Made by a program: the position numbers and the translations under genes
Part shown: in pieces, positions 1 to 8,081 of the stretch
Numbering within the stretch: position 1 is the stretch's first letter
Layout of the letters: each line of letters begins with the position of its first letter
Notes under the pieces: generated by a model
The model's database searches: none
The model's input: only the letters and a program-made list of their open reading frames with translations
Told to the model about the DNA's origin: nothing
NCBI GenBank assembly: GCA_964489065.1
Contig: CAZAXH010000009.1
Span: 7,616-71,615, forward strand
Direction: 5' to 3'
Length of the DNA stretch: 64,000 nucleotides
Origin: an uncultured Planctomycetales bacterium
GTDB taxonomy: Bacteria; Omnitrophota; Gorgyraeia; Zapsychrales; JANLHA01

Positions 1-1090
1 GCGGACTTTTGGCCGTTGAAACATGGTCCAGTTTTTCCGGATAAAAATGTTCAACAAATTTCACCCATCCCGGGGAACACGATGTAAACTGCGGCAACTT
101 AACAGACGCATCCTTGTCCACCAAGACTTTTTTCAGGCGCAAAAGGAGCTCGGTCCCTTCCTCCATAATCGTAAGGTCGGCCGTGAAATTCGTGTCAAAG
201 ACCTTATCAAATCCCATGCGCTTGAGGGCGGTATTAAGTTTTCTGGTTACCGAAGTCCCGGCGGGAAGGCCGAATTCTTCCCCGATGGCCGCCCGGGGAG
301 CGGGCGCCGTCTGGATAATGACGTGCTTATCCGGATCGTCTATCGCTTCCCAGACTTTTTCTACATCGGTCTTCTCACGCAACGCCCCGGTCGGACAGCG
401 GTTAATACATTGGCCGCAGTTGATGCATATGACCTCTTTCATTGGCTTATCGAGGTACGTGGCGATCTTGGTCTCGGCACCTCTGTGCACAGATTCCAGG
501 ACACCGACTTCCTGCAAATCAATGCACGTGCGGACACAGCGTTTGCAAAGAATGCACTTGTCCATATCACGCACAACGGAATAACTCGAATCATCTATGC
601 GGTACCGGGGCTGGGTGGCGTGCCCGAATTTATACTCCTCAACGCCATATTCATCCGCCAAATCCTGCAATTCGCAGTTCCCGTTCTTTTTACAGGTATA
701 ACACTCTCCATAATGGTTCTTTAATAAAAGATGAATAATGTTTTTACGCGCTCTTCGAACCCGGGGAGAATAGGTCCGGACTTTTATCGAGTTGAAAATG
801 GGATAGCTACAGGCCGCCTGCAGGGTCCGCTGGCCTTCGACCTCCACGACACAAACGCGGCAGACGCCGGCCAGACACAGGTCATCGTGATGACACAGTG
901 TGGGTATTCTTATATTCACCTTTTTCGCAGCCTGGAGGATCGTGGCCCCGACAGGGACGGTCACCTCAATATCATCAATGACGACTTTTATGGTCCCGCC
1001 GATCGCTGTTTCATCTATAGCGCCAATATCCCGGGAACGCTGGCTGATGGGCGCTCTTGATGTTTCTTTTGAAAATGGTTCTTTATCCAT
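1..1090 (-). CDS. hydA: [FeFe]-hydrogenase catalytic subunit HydA, partial (N-terminal 363 aa; the C-terminus runs off the window start)
   Basis: Manual minus-strand translation from ATG at 1090 gives MDKEPFSKETSRAPISQ...IKVVIDDIEVTVPVGATILQAAKKVNIRIPTLCHHDDLCLAGVCRCVVEVEG, a 2Fe-2S ferredoxin-like N-domain. It continues through KCILCKRCVRTC and CINCGQCINRCPTGAL 4Fe-4S motifs, then VIIQTAPAPRAAIGEEFG and FTSCSPGWV, which aligns to the H-cluster L1 region of CpI-type HydA. The six-frame track shows only plus-strand antisense ORFs here. An RBS-like GGGGA lies 9 nt upstream of the ATG. Confidence 0.85.
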   Translation of the reverse strand, partial: MDKEPFSKETSRAPISQRSRDIGAIDETAIGGTIKVVIDDIEVTVPVGATILQAAKKVNIRIPTLCHHDDLCLAGVCRVCVVEVEGQRTLQAACSYPIFNSIKVRTYSPRVRRARKNIIHLLLKNHYGECYTCKKNGNCELQDLADEYGVEEYKFGHATQPRYRIDDSSYSVVRDMDKCILCKRCVRTCIDLQEVGVLESVHRGAETKIATYLDKPMKEVICINCGQCINRCPTGALREKTDVEKVWEAIDDPDKHVIIQTAPAPRAAIGEEFGLPAGTSVTRKLNTALKRMGFDKVFDTNFTADLTIMEEGTELLLRLKKVLVDKDASVKLPQFTSCSPGWVKFVEHFYPEKLDHVSTAKSP

Positions 1091-1111
1091 ATAAAATTCC
1101 CCTTTTCTGTT

Positions 1112-2287
1112 TTACTCTTTTATTGAGTAATCCTCTTTAAAAGTATCCATAACAGCCAGAAAAGCGTTAGGCGCGGATTGGCCCAGACCGCATTTTGAAG
1201 CGCATTGCATGGTTTCCGATAAGGAAAATAGATCTTTCAAATAATCGGCAGAACATTCCCCTTTTTTAACCTTCCTCACGCCATCTATAAGGACAGGAAT
1301 TCCCTCCCGGCAGGGAGTACATTGTCCGCAAGATTCCTCCTGAAAAAATTCCAGGAAGTTTTCGACAGTCTCGACCATGTTCCTGGTCTTATTAAAAATA
1401 ATAACAGATCCGCCGGTGGGGATGTCCTCAAAGGCGATCTTCCGGTTAAAATCCTTCTTCCCGACACACGTTCCCGAAGCCCCGCCTATTTGAACGGCTT
1501 TTGTTTCTTCGGCGCCGGCCAAATCCAGTATTTCCTTCACCGAGGTGCCAAAGGGGACTTCATAGACCCCGGGTTTTTTGCAATCACCCGAAACACTCAA
1601 TATTTTTGAACCGGACGACTTTTCCGTGCCTATTTTCTTAAACCAATCGGCTCCTTTCGCGATGATGTGAGGGATGACCGCCAGAGTTTCCACGTTATTA
1701 ACGACCGTAGGATAACCTAAAAATCCCGTATTCACCGGGAACGGCGGCCTGTTACGCGGCTCGCCCCTTTGTCCTTCCATAGACTCAATAAGCGCAGTTT
1801 CTTCACCGCAGACATACGCACCCGCGCCGATCTTAATTTCAATATCCAAGTTGAAATTTCCTTTTCCCTGTATTTTCTCTCCGAGATAACCATGTTTTCT
1901 CAAATCCGTGATTTGATCTTCCATGTCTTTTTTGAAACTTACATATTCCCCTCTTAAATATATATACGCCTTCCGGACCCCGATAGCGTATCCGGCAATG
2001 ATGATTCCCTCTAAAACTAAAGGGAGGTATTCTGTCAGCAAAATCCTGTCCTTGAACGTTCCGGGTTCCCCTTCATCGGCATTGCACACTATATATTTTT
2101 GCTCCGACTGGGCGGCCGCCGCGAGATTCCATTTTACTCCGGTCGGGAAACCTGCACCGCCCCGCCCCTTCAGGTTTGAGTCTCTTACTTCTTCGATGAC
2201 ATCCGTCCTTGACATTTTTAAGGCCTTATTTAAACCCTCCCAAGGATTAATGTCGCTAAAAATCACCGGGCCTTGTCTTTTACCCAT
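1112..2287 (-). CDS. NuoF-like NADH-binding flavoprotein subunit of the hydrogenase (HydB/HndC-type, 51 kDa family)
   Basis: The GRGGAGFPTGVKW FMN/NADH motif and C-terminal ESCGQCTPCREG 4Fe-4S motif are present. RBS AAGGAG lies 9 nt before the ATG. It sits 20 nt downstream of the hydC-like gene and 21 nt upstream of hydA. Confidence 0.9.
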   Translation of the reverse strand: MGKRQGPVIFSDINPWEGLNKALKMSRTDVIEEVRDSNLKGRGGAGFPTGVKWNLAAAAQSEQKYIVCNADEGEPGTFKDRILLTEYLPLVLEGIIIAGYAIGVRKAYIYLRGEYVSFKKDMEDQITDLRKHGYLGEKIQGKGNFNLDIEIKIGAGAYVCGEETALIESMEGQRGEPRNRPPFPVNTGFLGYPTVVNNVETLAVIPHIIAKGADWFKKIGTEKSSGSKILSVSGDCKKPGVYEVPFGTSVKEILDLAGAEETKAVQIGGASGTCVGKKDFNRKIAFEDIPTGGSVIIFNKTRNMVETVENFLEFFQEESCGQCTPCREGIPVLIDGVRKVKKGECSADYLKDLFSLSETMQCASKCGLGQSAPNAFLAVMDTFKEDYSIKE

Positions 2288-2306
2288 AGTTGAAGACTCC
2301 TTCTTC

Positions 2307-2786
2307 TTAAGCGTTTATCTGATTTAAAATATTCTTTATATCTTGCACGGCCACAGGGCCCAACAAGTTCCCGTCAACCATTATCGCCGGAGCTTTGTCG
2401 CACATCCCTATGCAACTGGTTTTCTCAAGGGTATATTTGCCGTCAGGGGTGGTTTCTCCACATTTGATACCCAGGACTTTTTCAAATGCCTGCACGATCT
2501 CATCGCTGCCTTTCATCTTACAGGGCTGACAGTTGCTGATACGGATAACATGCGCCCCCTTCTTCTTCGTGGAAAGGAAGGAGTAAAACGAAACCACGGA
2601 ATAAACTTCAACGGGGTGGAGATTAAATTCCTGGGCGAGCTTCTGCATATTTTCATCCGAAATGTATCCCTCCCTTTCCTGAATGTCTTGCAAAGCCTCC
2701 AAAAGGTAGGACCTCACATCATCGCAGATCACGATTTCTTTTCCGTTTTTCTTGATTATCTTCTTTAAAGAACAAAAAGGTTCCAT
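2307..2786 (-). CDS. NuoE-like thioredoxin-fold [2Fe-2S] subunit of the hydrogenase (HydC/HndA-type, 24 kDa family)
   Basis: 159 aa with CQPC...CIGMCDKAP cysteine pattern typical of NuoE/HydC. It is the first gene of the hydC-hydB-hydA arrangement. Confidence 0.8.
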   Translation of the reverse strand: MEPFCSLKKIIKKNGKEIVICDDVRSYLLEALQDIQEREGYISDENMQKLAQEFNLHPVEVYSVVSFYSFLSTKKKGAHVIRISNCQPCKMKGSDEIVQAFEKVLGIKCGETTPDGKYTLEKTSCIGMCDKAPAIMVDGNLLGPVAVQDIKNILNQINA

Positions 2787-2810
2787 AATAATTTCCCCCC
2801 TTCAGTAATT

Positions 2811-3179
2811 CTATTTTGCCAACGCTTCTTTGACTTTCTTCAATAACAAGTCCGGCGTGATAGGCTTTTCAATAAAATCCAGACACGGCAACATTTCGCT
2901 GCATTTATACTCGTAACCTGTTATTTTACTGACCCCGCTCAACATAAGTATTGGGATATCCGCGTTGGTTTTTTTTAATTTGTGCGCCAGCGATATACCG
3001 TCATCCGGGTTTTCCATCATAACATCAAGCAAAACTAAATTGAATTTCGTTTTACTGATCACCCGCTCCGCTTCAGCGACACAAGAAGCCTTTTGGACCT
3101 CGTATCCCTCCTGCAAAAGGACGGCTTCACAGGCCTGCAAAAAATCATTATCATCATCCACAATTAAAATTTTTGACAT
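2811..3179 (-). CDS. single-domain response regulator (CheY-like receiver)
   Basis: KILIVDDD...LVLLDVMM...ILMLSG receiver signature in 122 aa with no output domain. It lies 24 nt upstream of the hydC-like gene. Confidence 0.85.
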   Translation of the reverse strand: MSKILIVDDDNDFLQACEAVLLQEGYEVQKASCVAEAERVISKTKFNLVLLDVMMENPDDGISLAHKLKKTNADIPILMLSGVSKITGYEYKCSEMLPCLDFIEKPITPDLLLKKVKEALAK

Positions 3180-3194
3180 AGGATCCCCCGGTTA

Positions 3195-3401
3195 TTAAAT
3201 TGTTTTACGGTTACTAAAATTTAAGCGGGTCCGAGTTGCAAATTGCGGGTAGGGCTTCTTTGTGAATTTTTTTCTCTCAAGCGCCCACAGACACGAAAAG
3301 CCCGGGAGATGATCTTCCCGGGCTTTTCGTCTGACCATATATAAAGGAATTTTTAAATATTCCGCTACGTCTTTGACGGCAAGGATATGTTGGGGTAGCA
3401 T
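3195..3401 (-). CDS. small helix-turn-helix DNA-binding protein (excisionase/MerR-like HTH)
   Basis: ILAVKDVAEYLKIPLYMVRRKAREDHLPGF resembles the excisionase-family HTH. The start is taken at the internal ATG (MLPQH...) preceded by GAGAGG; the upstream 16 codons of the tracked ORF lack an RBS. Confidence 0.45.
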   Translation of the reverse strand: MLPQHILAVKDVAEYLKIPLYMVRRKAREDHLPGFSCLWALERKKFTKKPYPQFATRTRLNFSNRKTI

Positions 3402-3439
3402 GAGTCTACCTCTCAGGAAATAGTTCACAAATTTTAAAT

Positions 3440-3468
3440 ATTGTAACACCTCCTTCCCTGATTGCCAA
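3440..3468 (-). promoter_or_regulatory. sigma70-like promoter (TTGGCA-N17-TACAAT) reading into HTH - response regulator - hydC - hydB - hydA
   Basis: Minus-strand sequence TTGGCAatcagggaaggaggtgtTACAAT lies about 40 nt upstream of the HTH start codon in the 89-nt gap after the preceding gene. Confidence 0.35.
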
Positions 3469-3538
3469 CCCTTTTTTCCCTCTCCTTCCAGAAGTCCCCT
3501 TTTTTATCGAATCCGGGGGCTCTCGGTTGCCTGGCTTT

Positions 3539-3886
3539 TTATGGGATCTTAATATTCTTTGTTAAATTACCGCTGAGATTACAATATCCCTCAACAGAAA
3601 GAGTATCCCCTGCCTTGGCATCGGGGATAAGATAACTTACTGTCTGGGTCAGGTTGTTATCTTCTCGGCTGATCGTCTGGCCGAGGATTTCCTTCCCATT
3701 GAGACCGATATCCACCTTCTTAATATAGTGTTTTATGGGATCGCTGACATTATGATAAATAATCGCCGTCACTACCTTTGTAGTAGGGTCATAAGTTATT
3801 TTTATGTCAGACGGGGGGTGCGCGAAAGCCGAAGACATAAAAACCAAGCCAAAAAATAAGGTTAATATAACAATCTTTTTATGCAC
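3539..3886 (-). CDS. small secreted protein (signal peptide), unknown function
   Basis: N-terminal MHKKIVILTLFFGLVFMSSAFA signal peptide followed by a hydrophilic ~90-aa domain. Its start is 2 nt after the stop of the upstream membrane protein, suggesting co-transcription. Confidence 0.5.
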   Translation of the reverse strand: MHKKIVILTLFFGLVFMSSAFAHPPSDIKITYDPTTKVVTAIIYHNVSDPIKHYIKKVDIGLNGKEILGQTISREDNNLTQTVSYLIPDAKAGDTLSVEGYCNLSGNLTKNIKIP

Positions 3887-3887
3887 G

Positions 3888-4640
3888 CTAATCTCCCTTC
3901 TTTTTGTGTTTTAATCTATTCATCAAAGGCACAGTTACGTTGCCGATAAGCAAACCACAGAGTTCGACATCAAATCCCACCCCCATTCCCGTCAGGAGAA
4001 AAATACTCAAGGCCACAACGCTGCCAAATAAAATCTTTCCCCAATAAGTCACCGGCGTCGTTCTCGGTTCAATCAACATAATGAAAATAAAGAAATAACT
4101 GAAATAGCCAAATATAGACACAACATTCACGTGCTGAAGCCAAGCCTGAATGCCCCATAGACTTAAGGCAACCAAGAAATAACCGAGGAGCAATTCTATT
4201 TTGCGTATCTGATAAGTAAAATACAAACCCGCCGGGAGAAGAATGTGCCAACGGTATGTCCCCTGCCATTGGGTTGTCGCTGACAATATTAATATGGCCG
4301 AGAATACCCCTAAAGCGGCCGGGTTAAAAATATGCCTCTTTTGAATACGGAGGAATCTCTTGGAGACTATTGCCAACAGTGTCGCCCCGGAATATATATA
4401 CCAACGTTGACCGCCCCCCAACACGAATCCGATTATCAAACCTGTTATGACCGCACTCGATGGAAAAACGGGTTTCTCCCTCTGTATTAAACGTAAGCCG
4501 TATTCTATCCCAACAGCAGGAGCAACGCATAATAATAGCGACAGCAGCAAGCCGGCATCCTTGTCGGATATGCCAAGATATCCGGCAAAAACGATTAAAA
4601 AAATTATAATCTGAGTTTTTATCGACCTAAGCTTCAACAT
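3888..4640 (-). CDS. polytopic membrane protein, possibly a minimal NqrB/RnfD-family-like protein
   Basis: 250 aa with 6-7 predicted TM helices. It contains HIFNPAALG and YIYSGATLL; from memory, FNPAL-type and SGAT (covalent FMN threonine) motifs are conserved in NqrB/RnfD. The family assignment is tentative. Confidence 0.35.
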   Translation of the reverse strand: MLKLRSIKTQIIIFLIVFAGYLGISDKDAGLLLSLLLCVAPAVGIEYGLRLIQREKPVFPSSAVITGLIIGFVLGGGQRWYIYSGATLLAIVSKRFLRIQKRHIFNPAALGVFSAILILSATTQWQGTYRWHILLPAGLYFTYQIRKIELLLGYFLVALSLWGIQAWLQHVNVVSIFGYFSYFFIFIMLIEPRTTPVTYWGKILFGSVVALSIFLLTGMGVGFDVELCGLLIGNVTVPLMNRLKHKKKGD

Positions 4641-4662
4641 GAACTTGTCTTCTTTTCAAACG

Positions 4663-5112
4663 TCATTTCTTATCTGTTTCTTCCTGTGAAGCAGAATCAG
4701 GGGGCATAATATCAGGTTGCTCGGCGTCCATCTTCATGCCCCCTTGCATCATAGGACAATTTTTCATCATCTCTTCCATGAATTTTTTCATGGCCTCTGT
4801 ATCGATTTTTATCTCAACTTCCTTAACGAAATTCAAATCTTTGTCATATTTTATTAGCTTATTGCCCACTAAAACAATGACACCACCATCTTCGGTTGCG
4901 ACAATAGACTTTTGCATCATGGCTGGCATCATCATTCCACCCATAGGATGCATGCCCATTTTTTTCCCCTGCATCATCATCCCCTTGCCTTCCATCATAC
5001 TGTTTTTCATCATCCCTTTATCAGCCACTCTGCCAACATTCTCTTGAGCGTATGCAAAAGAACAAAACACCACTAACAAACCCATGGAAAGAACAGCAGA
5101 CATCTTTTTCAT
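4663..5112 (-). CDS. methionine-rich secreted protein (putative periplasmic Cu(I)/Ag(I)-binding protein)
   Basis: Signal peptide MKKMSAVLSMGLLVVFCSFAYA, then Met-rich tracts GMMKNSMMEGKGMMMQGKKMGMHPMGGMMMPAMMQ and FMEEMMKNCPMMQGGMKM flanking a ~50-aa core. Confidence 0.55.
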   Translation of the reverse strand: MKKMSAVLSMGLLVVFCSFAYAQENVGRVADKGMMKNSMMEGKGMMMQGKKMGMHPMGGMMMPAMMQKSIVATEDGGVIVLVGNKLIKYDKDLNFVKEVEIKIDTEAMKKFMEEMMKNCPMMQGGMKMDAEQPDIMPPDSASQEETDKK

Positions 5113-5127
5113 TTCACACCTCCAGTT

Positions 5128-5736
5128 TTACCCGAGTTTTTTCGCAATCTGGGCGATCCGCTTGCCCAGTTCATTCGCGATTTTTAGTTCCGTTGCATTC
5201 GGAGTTTTATCCGACATGGCGCCGACAACGGCTGTCGGGCCATACGGCGTACCTCCGCTTTCCGTCTCGGCTAATTCTTTTACGCTATACGGCACACCGA
5301 CGATAACGGCGCCATGGTGAAGTAACGTCACCATCATGGAAACAAGCGTGGTTTCCTGGCCTCCGTGCAAAGAAGCCGTGCAGCAGAAAACTCCCGCCGG
5401 CTTGCCGCTCAAAGCTCCTTTCCCCCATAAACCGCCTGTCTGATCCAAAAAATTCCTTAACTGTGCACACATATTCCCGAATCTGGTCGGCGATCCCAGA
5501 ATGATGCCGTCTATATTCTCCAGGTCTTCCAGCCGCGCGACAGGAACCTCTTTCTGCAGTTGTTTGGCTTTTTTAATGCGCTCATCCTCCATGACATTTT
5601 TGGGCAACAACTCCGGAACCGTACGGAAAACGGCTTCCCCCTCGCCTTCCCTGATCCCTTCACAAACCGACTTGGCCATCATGAACGTATTACCGTACAT
5701 ACTATAGTACAAAACAAGTATCTTGGGCTTCATCAC
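5128..5736 (-). CDS. wrbA: NAD(P)H:quinone oxidoreductase WrbA (flavodoxin-like)
   Basis: ILVLYYSMYGNT...GSPTRFGNMCAQLRNFLDQTGGLWGKGALSGKPAGVF...HHGAVIVGVPY...GGTPYGPT is near-collinear with E. coli WrbA. Confidence 0.9.
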   Translation of the reverse strand: MMKPKILVLYYSMYGNTFMMAKSVCEGIREGEGEAVFRTVPELLPKNVMEDERIKKAKQLQKEVPVARLEDLENIDGIILGSPTRFGNMCAQLRNFLDQTGGLWGKGALSGKPAGVFCCTASLHGGQETTLVSMMVTLLHHGAVIVGVPYSVKELAETESGGTPYGPTAVVGAMSDKTPNATELKIANELGKRIAQIAKKLG

Positions 5737-5807
5737 ACACCACCTCCCGTCCTAATTATTTTGAGCCCTTCAGGACTCGGTGAACTTTCCCGACGACTCC
5801 CCAGGAC

Positions 5808-5837
5808 AAAAAAGGCTACAGGATAAATCCTGTAGCC
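5808..5837 (-). terminator. rho-independent terminator downstream of the 42-aa Cys-rich ORF
   Basis: Minus-strand RNA: perfect 10-bp stem GGCUACAGGA / UCCUGUAGCC with a 4-nt loop followed by UUUUUU. It lies 15 nt after the ORF stop. Confidence 0.7.
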
Positions 5838-5852
5838 TCCCGCGACACGGCC

Positions 5853-5981
5853 TTATTTCACTTTTTTCATCGGTTTCCCGCAACAGTCTTTCGGCTTATC
5901 CGCCGTTGCGCCACAAGGCTCGCATTTATACTGGTCTTTCTTTTTGTCTTCTTTTTTCTTGTTCGATCCACAGCAACCCAT
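5853..5981 (-). CDS. 42-aa cysteine-rich micro-protein (MGCCGSNKKKEDKKKDQYKCEPCGATADKPKDCCGKPMKKVK)
   Basis: Not in the ORF track because it is under 60 aa. Strong RBS AAGGAGGTG lies 6 nt upstream of the ATG, and a textbook intrinsic terminator lies 15 nt downstream. It has 7 Cys in CC / CxxC / CC arrangement with a Lys-rich background. Confidence 0.6.
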   Translation of the reverse strand: MGCCGSNKKKEDKKKDQYKCEPCGATADKPKDCCGKPMKKVK

Positions 5982-6420
5982 GGAACTCACCTCCTTTTGC
6001 CTTTTTCTTAGTTTTTATTCACACCCTTAAGATATCCAGACAAAGCCCAACAACGGTGATCCTTCATGCGGGCGCCCTCCTCAAATTCATAAATTCATAT
6101 ATTAAGGCGAATACCCCTATGACCGTTTCCTATCATAGATCATAGAACCGCTCCTCCGCAATTTATTTCTTCGCAAGGGACAAAACAGGAAGCCCCCTCG
6201 CCCATGGGCATATGAAACATTAACAATTCGCTTCAAGGAATGATCTGACTTCTTAACATCCGTGCGAACATCCCCGAGCCAGAAGACTGTGTTAACCTCT
6301 CGCCTTCCCCCACAGATAGGCCCGGGGTCTTCTGCGCAGGCGGACAAACCCATAAACGTCTCCTACACCATCGGGAGGGACGGCCTGTTGAATCGGAGAA
6401 ATCTACGCAAAATTTTTATA

Positions 6421-6446
6421 TTGATTTGCCATTTTTGCGGTATAAT
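6421..6446 (+). promoter_or_regulatory. possible promoter for opgG (-10 TATAAT at 6441-6446)
   Basis: TTGATT...TATAAT with a short 14-nt spacer; an alternative -35 TTTATA is at 6414-6419. RBS AGGAGG at 6465-6470 lies 5 nt before the ATG at 6476. Weak evidence. Confidence 0.2.
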
Positions 6447-6475
6447 TCCTAAACTCGGTATTTTAGGAGGTCTTC

Positions 6476-8068
6476 ATGGCGGGTAAAAAACTGACTTCCC
6501 GTTTGGGAATTGGAATCTTTCTAAGAATCAACACGGTCCTTATTCCCGGAGCGTTCCTTCTGTTTTATGGCACCCTAACTGACGCAAAAGAGAAACCTGG
6601 CCGGTTTTTTAAAACCATTATTGGACAGGCCGAGCAATTGGCTCAAGAACCGTTTCAGGACCCCCTGGAGCACAAACTCCCCCCCTCACTGGATACCATG
6701 GGCTACAATCAATGGCGGGATATCCGGTTCAAACCAGAAACTGCTCTTTGGAAAGACAGCGAAACGCCTTTTCAAATTCAACTCTTTCATATGGGTTTTC
6801 TTTTTAAATGGCCTGTAAAGGTCAATATCATTGACCATAAAAGGACCCAGGCCGTGCCGTTTTCACCCAAATTGTTTAATTATGACAACAGCGAAATAAA
6901 GGAAGAGGACTTGCAGGGGCTTTCCTTCTCCGGTTTCCGCGTGCACTACCCGCTCAATAAACCCGATTACTGGGATGAAGTGGTTTCGTTTCTGGGTGCC
7001 AGTTATTTCCGGGGACTCCCGAAAGACCTGGTCTATGGAATTTCGGCACGCGGGCTGGCGGTCGATACAGGACTGCCCTCAGGCGAAGAGTTCCCTTATT
7101 TTAAAGAGTTTTGGATTAAACGCCCCCCCAAAGGCAAGGACACGCTCGTCATTTATGGCCTTCTGGACAGCCCGAGCGTGACCGGGGCCTATCAGTTCAC
7201 CTTACAGCCGGGATCAGAAACCAACATAACGGTCCATTGTGTGCTCTTCGCCCGCCACAGCATCGAAAAACTCTGTCTCGCGCCTCTCACCAGCATGTAT
7301 TATTTTGGGGAAAATCAACCCCAACCCGACCGCAAGGACTTTCGTCCCGAGGTGCATGATTCAGACGGCCTTTTGATCCAAACAGAATCCGGGGAATGGA
7401 CATGGCGGCCCTTCATTAATCCAAAACGGCTGCTCATTGACACGTTTAACGCGGACAACGCCTGCGGCTTTGCGCTGCTTCAACGCGACACAAATTTTGA
7501 TCATTACCAGGATTTGGAGACGCGTTCGGATTTACGGCCCAGCGTGTGGGTGCAACCGCTGAACAACTGGGGCAAAGGCCATGTTGAACTCCTGCAGATT
7601 CCAACCACCAACGAATATAACGACAATATCAACGCCTTCTGGGTGCCGGCCCAACCCTTGAAAGACGGAGAGCGCGCGGAATATGAATATGCCCTGCGCT
7701 GGTTTAAGGCCTCACCCTCATGGCCCCCGATAGGGTACGTCACGGACACGCGCATCGTCCAGGAAAAAGATAATGACGAGATAATGTTTTTGCTGGAATT
7801 TAACAACGGAGAATTGCCCTCCCTGCCTGATGATGCGGGACTGACAGCCCAGATTGATGTGGCCGGAGAGTATAATCTCCTCAATTACCAAATCATCAGA
7901 AACAAGGCCACGCAAGGCTGGCGCCTGGTCTTCCGGCTCCACCGGGGGCAAAGGGATCCTCTCAAAGATATGATTCCAAGCCAAAGGCCAACGCTTAATC
8001 TTCGCGCCGTCTTAATGAAAGGCACCGCCCCGGTGTCGGAAACGTGGGACTATTCCTTCCTCCCCTGA
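6476..8068 (+). CDS. opgG: periplasmic glucan biosynthesis protein OpgG/MdoG
   Basis: 530 aa with an N-terminal signal/anchor. Length and conserved blocks (FRG...YFRGLPKD, WVPAQPL, beta-sandwich glucan-binding fold) are typical of MdoG, and it directly precedes an MdoH-like gene. Confidence 0.8.
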   Translation: MAGKKLTSRLGIGIFLRINTVLIPGAFLLFYGTLTDAKEKPGRFFKTIIGQAEQLAQEPFQDPLEHKLPPSLDTMGYNQWRDIRFKPETALWKDSETPFQIQLFHMGFLFKWPVKVNIIDHKRTQAVPFSPKLFNYDNSEIKEEDLQGLSFSGFRVHYPLNKPDYWDEVVSFLGASYFRGLPKDLVYGISARGLAVDTGLPSGEEFPYFKEFWIKRPPKGKDTLVIYGLLDSPSVTGAYQFTLQPGSETNITVHCVLFARHSIEKLCLAPLTSMYYFGENQPQPDRKDFRPEVHDSDGLLIQTESGEWTWRPFINPKRLLIDTFNADNACGFALLQRDTNFDHYQDLETRSDLRPSVWVQPLNNWGKGHVELLQIPTTNEYNDNINAFWVPAQPLKDGERAEYEYALRWFKASPSWPPIGYVTDTRIVQEKDNDEIMFLLEFNNGELPSLPDDAGLTAQIDVAGEYNLLNYQIIRNKATQGWRLVFRLHRGQRDPLKDMIPSQRPTLNLRAVLMKGTAPVSETWDYSFLP

Positions 8069-8081
8069 AACGCGACAACGC

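Noticed and set aside
23-1094. Five plus-strand ORFs (233, 156, 98, 109 and 64 aa) at the window start.
   Set aside because: They are antisense to a clear [FeFe]-hydrogenase HydA reading frame on the minus strand (ferredoxin-like Cys motifs and TSC(S)PGW). The plus-strand products have no protein-like features.
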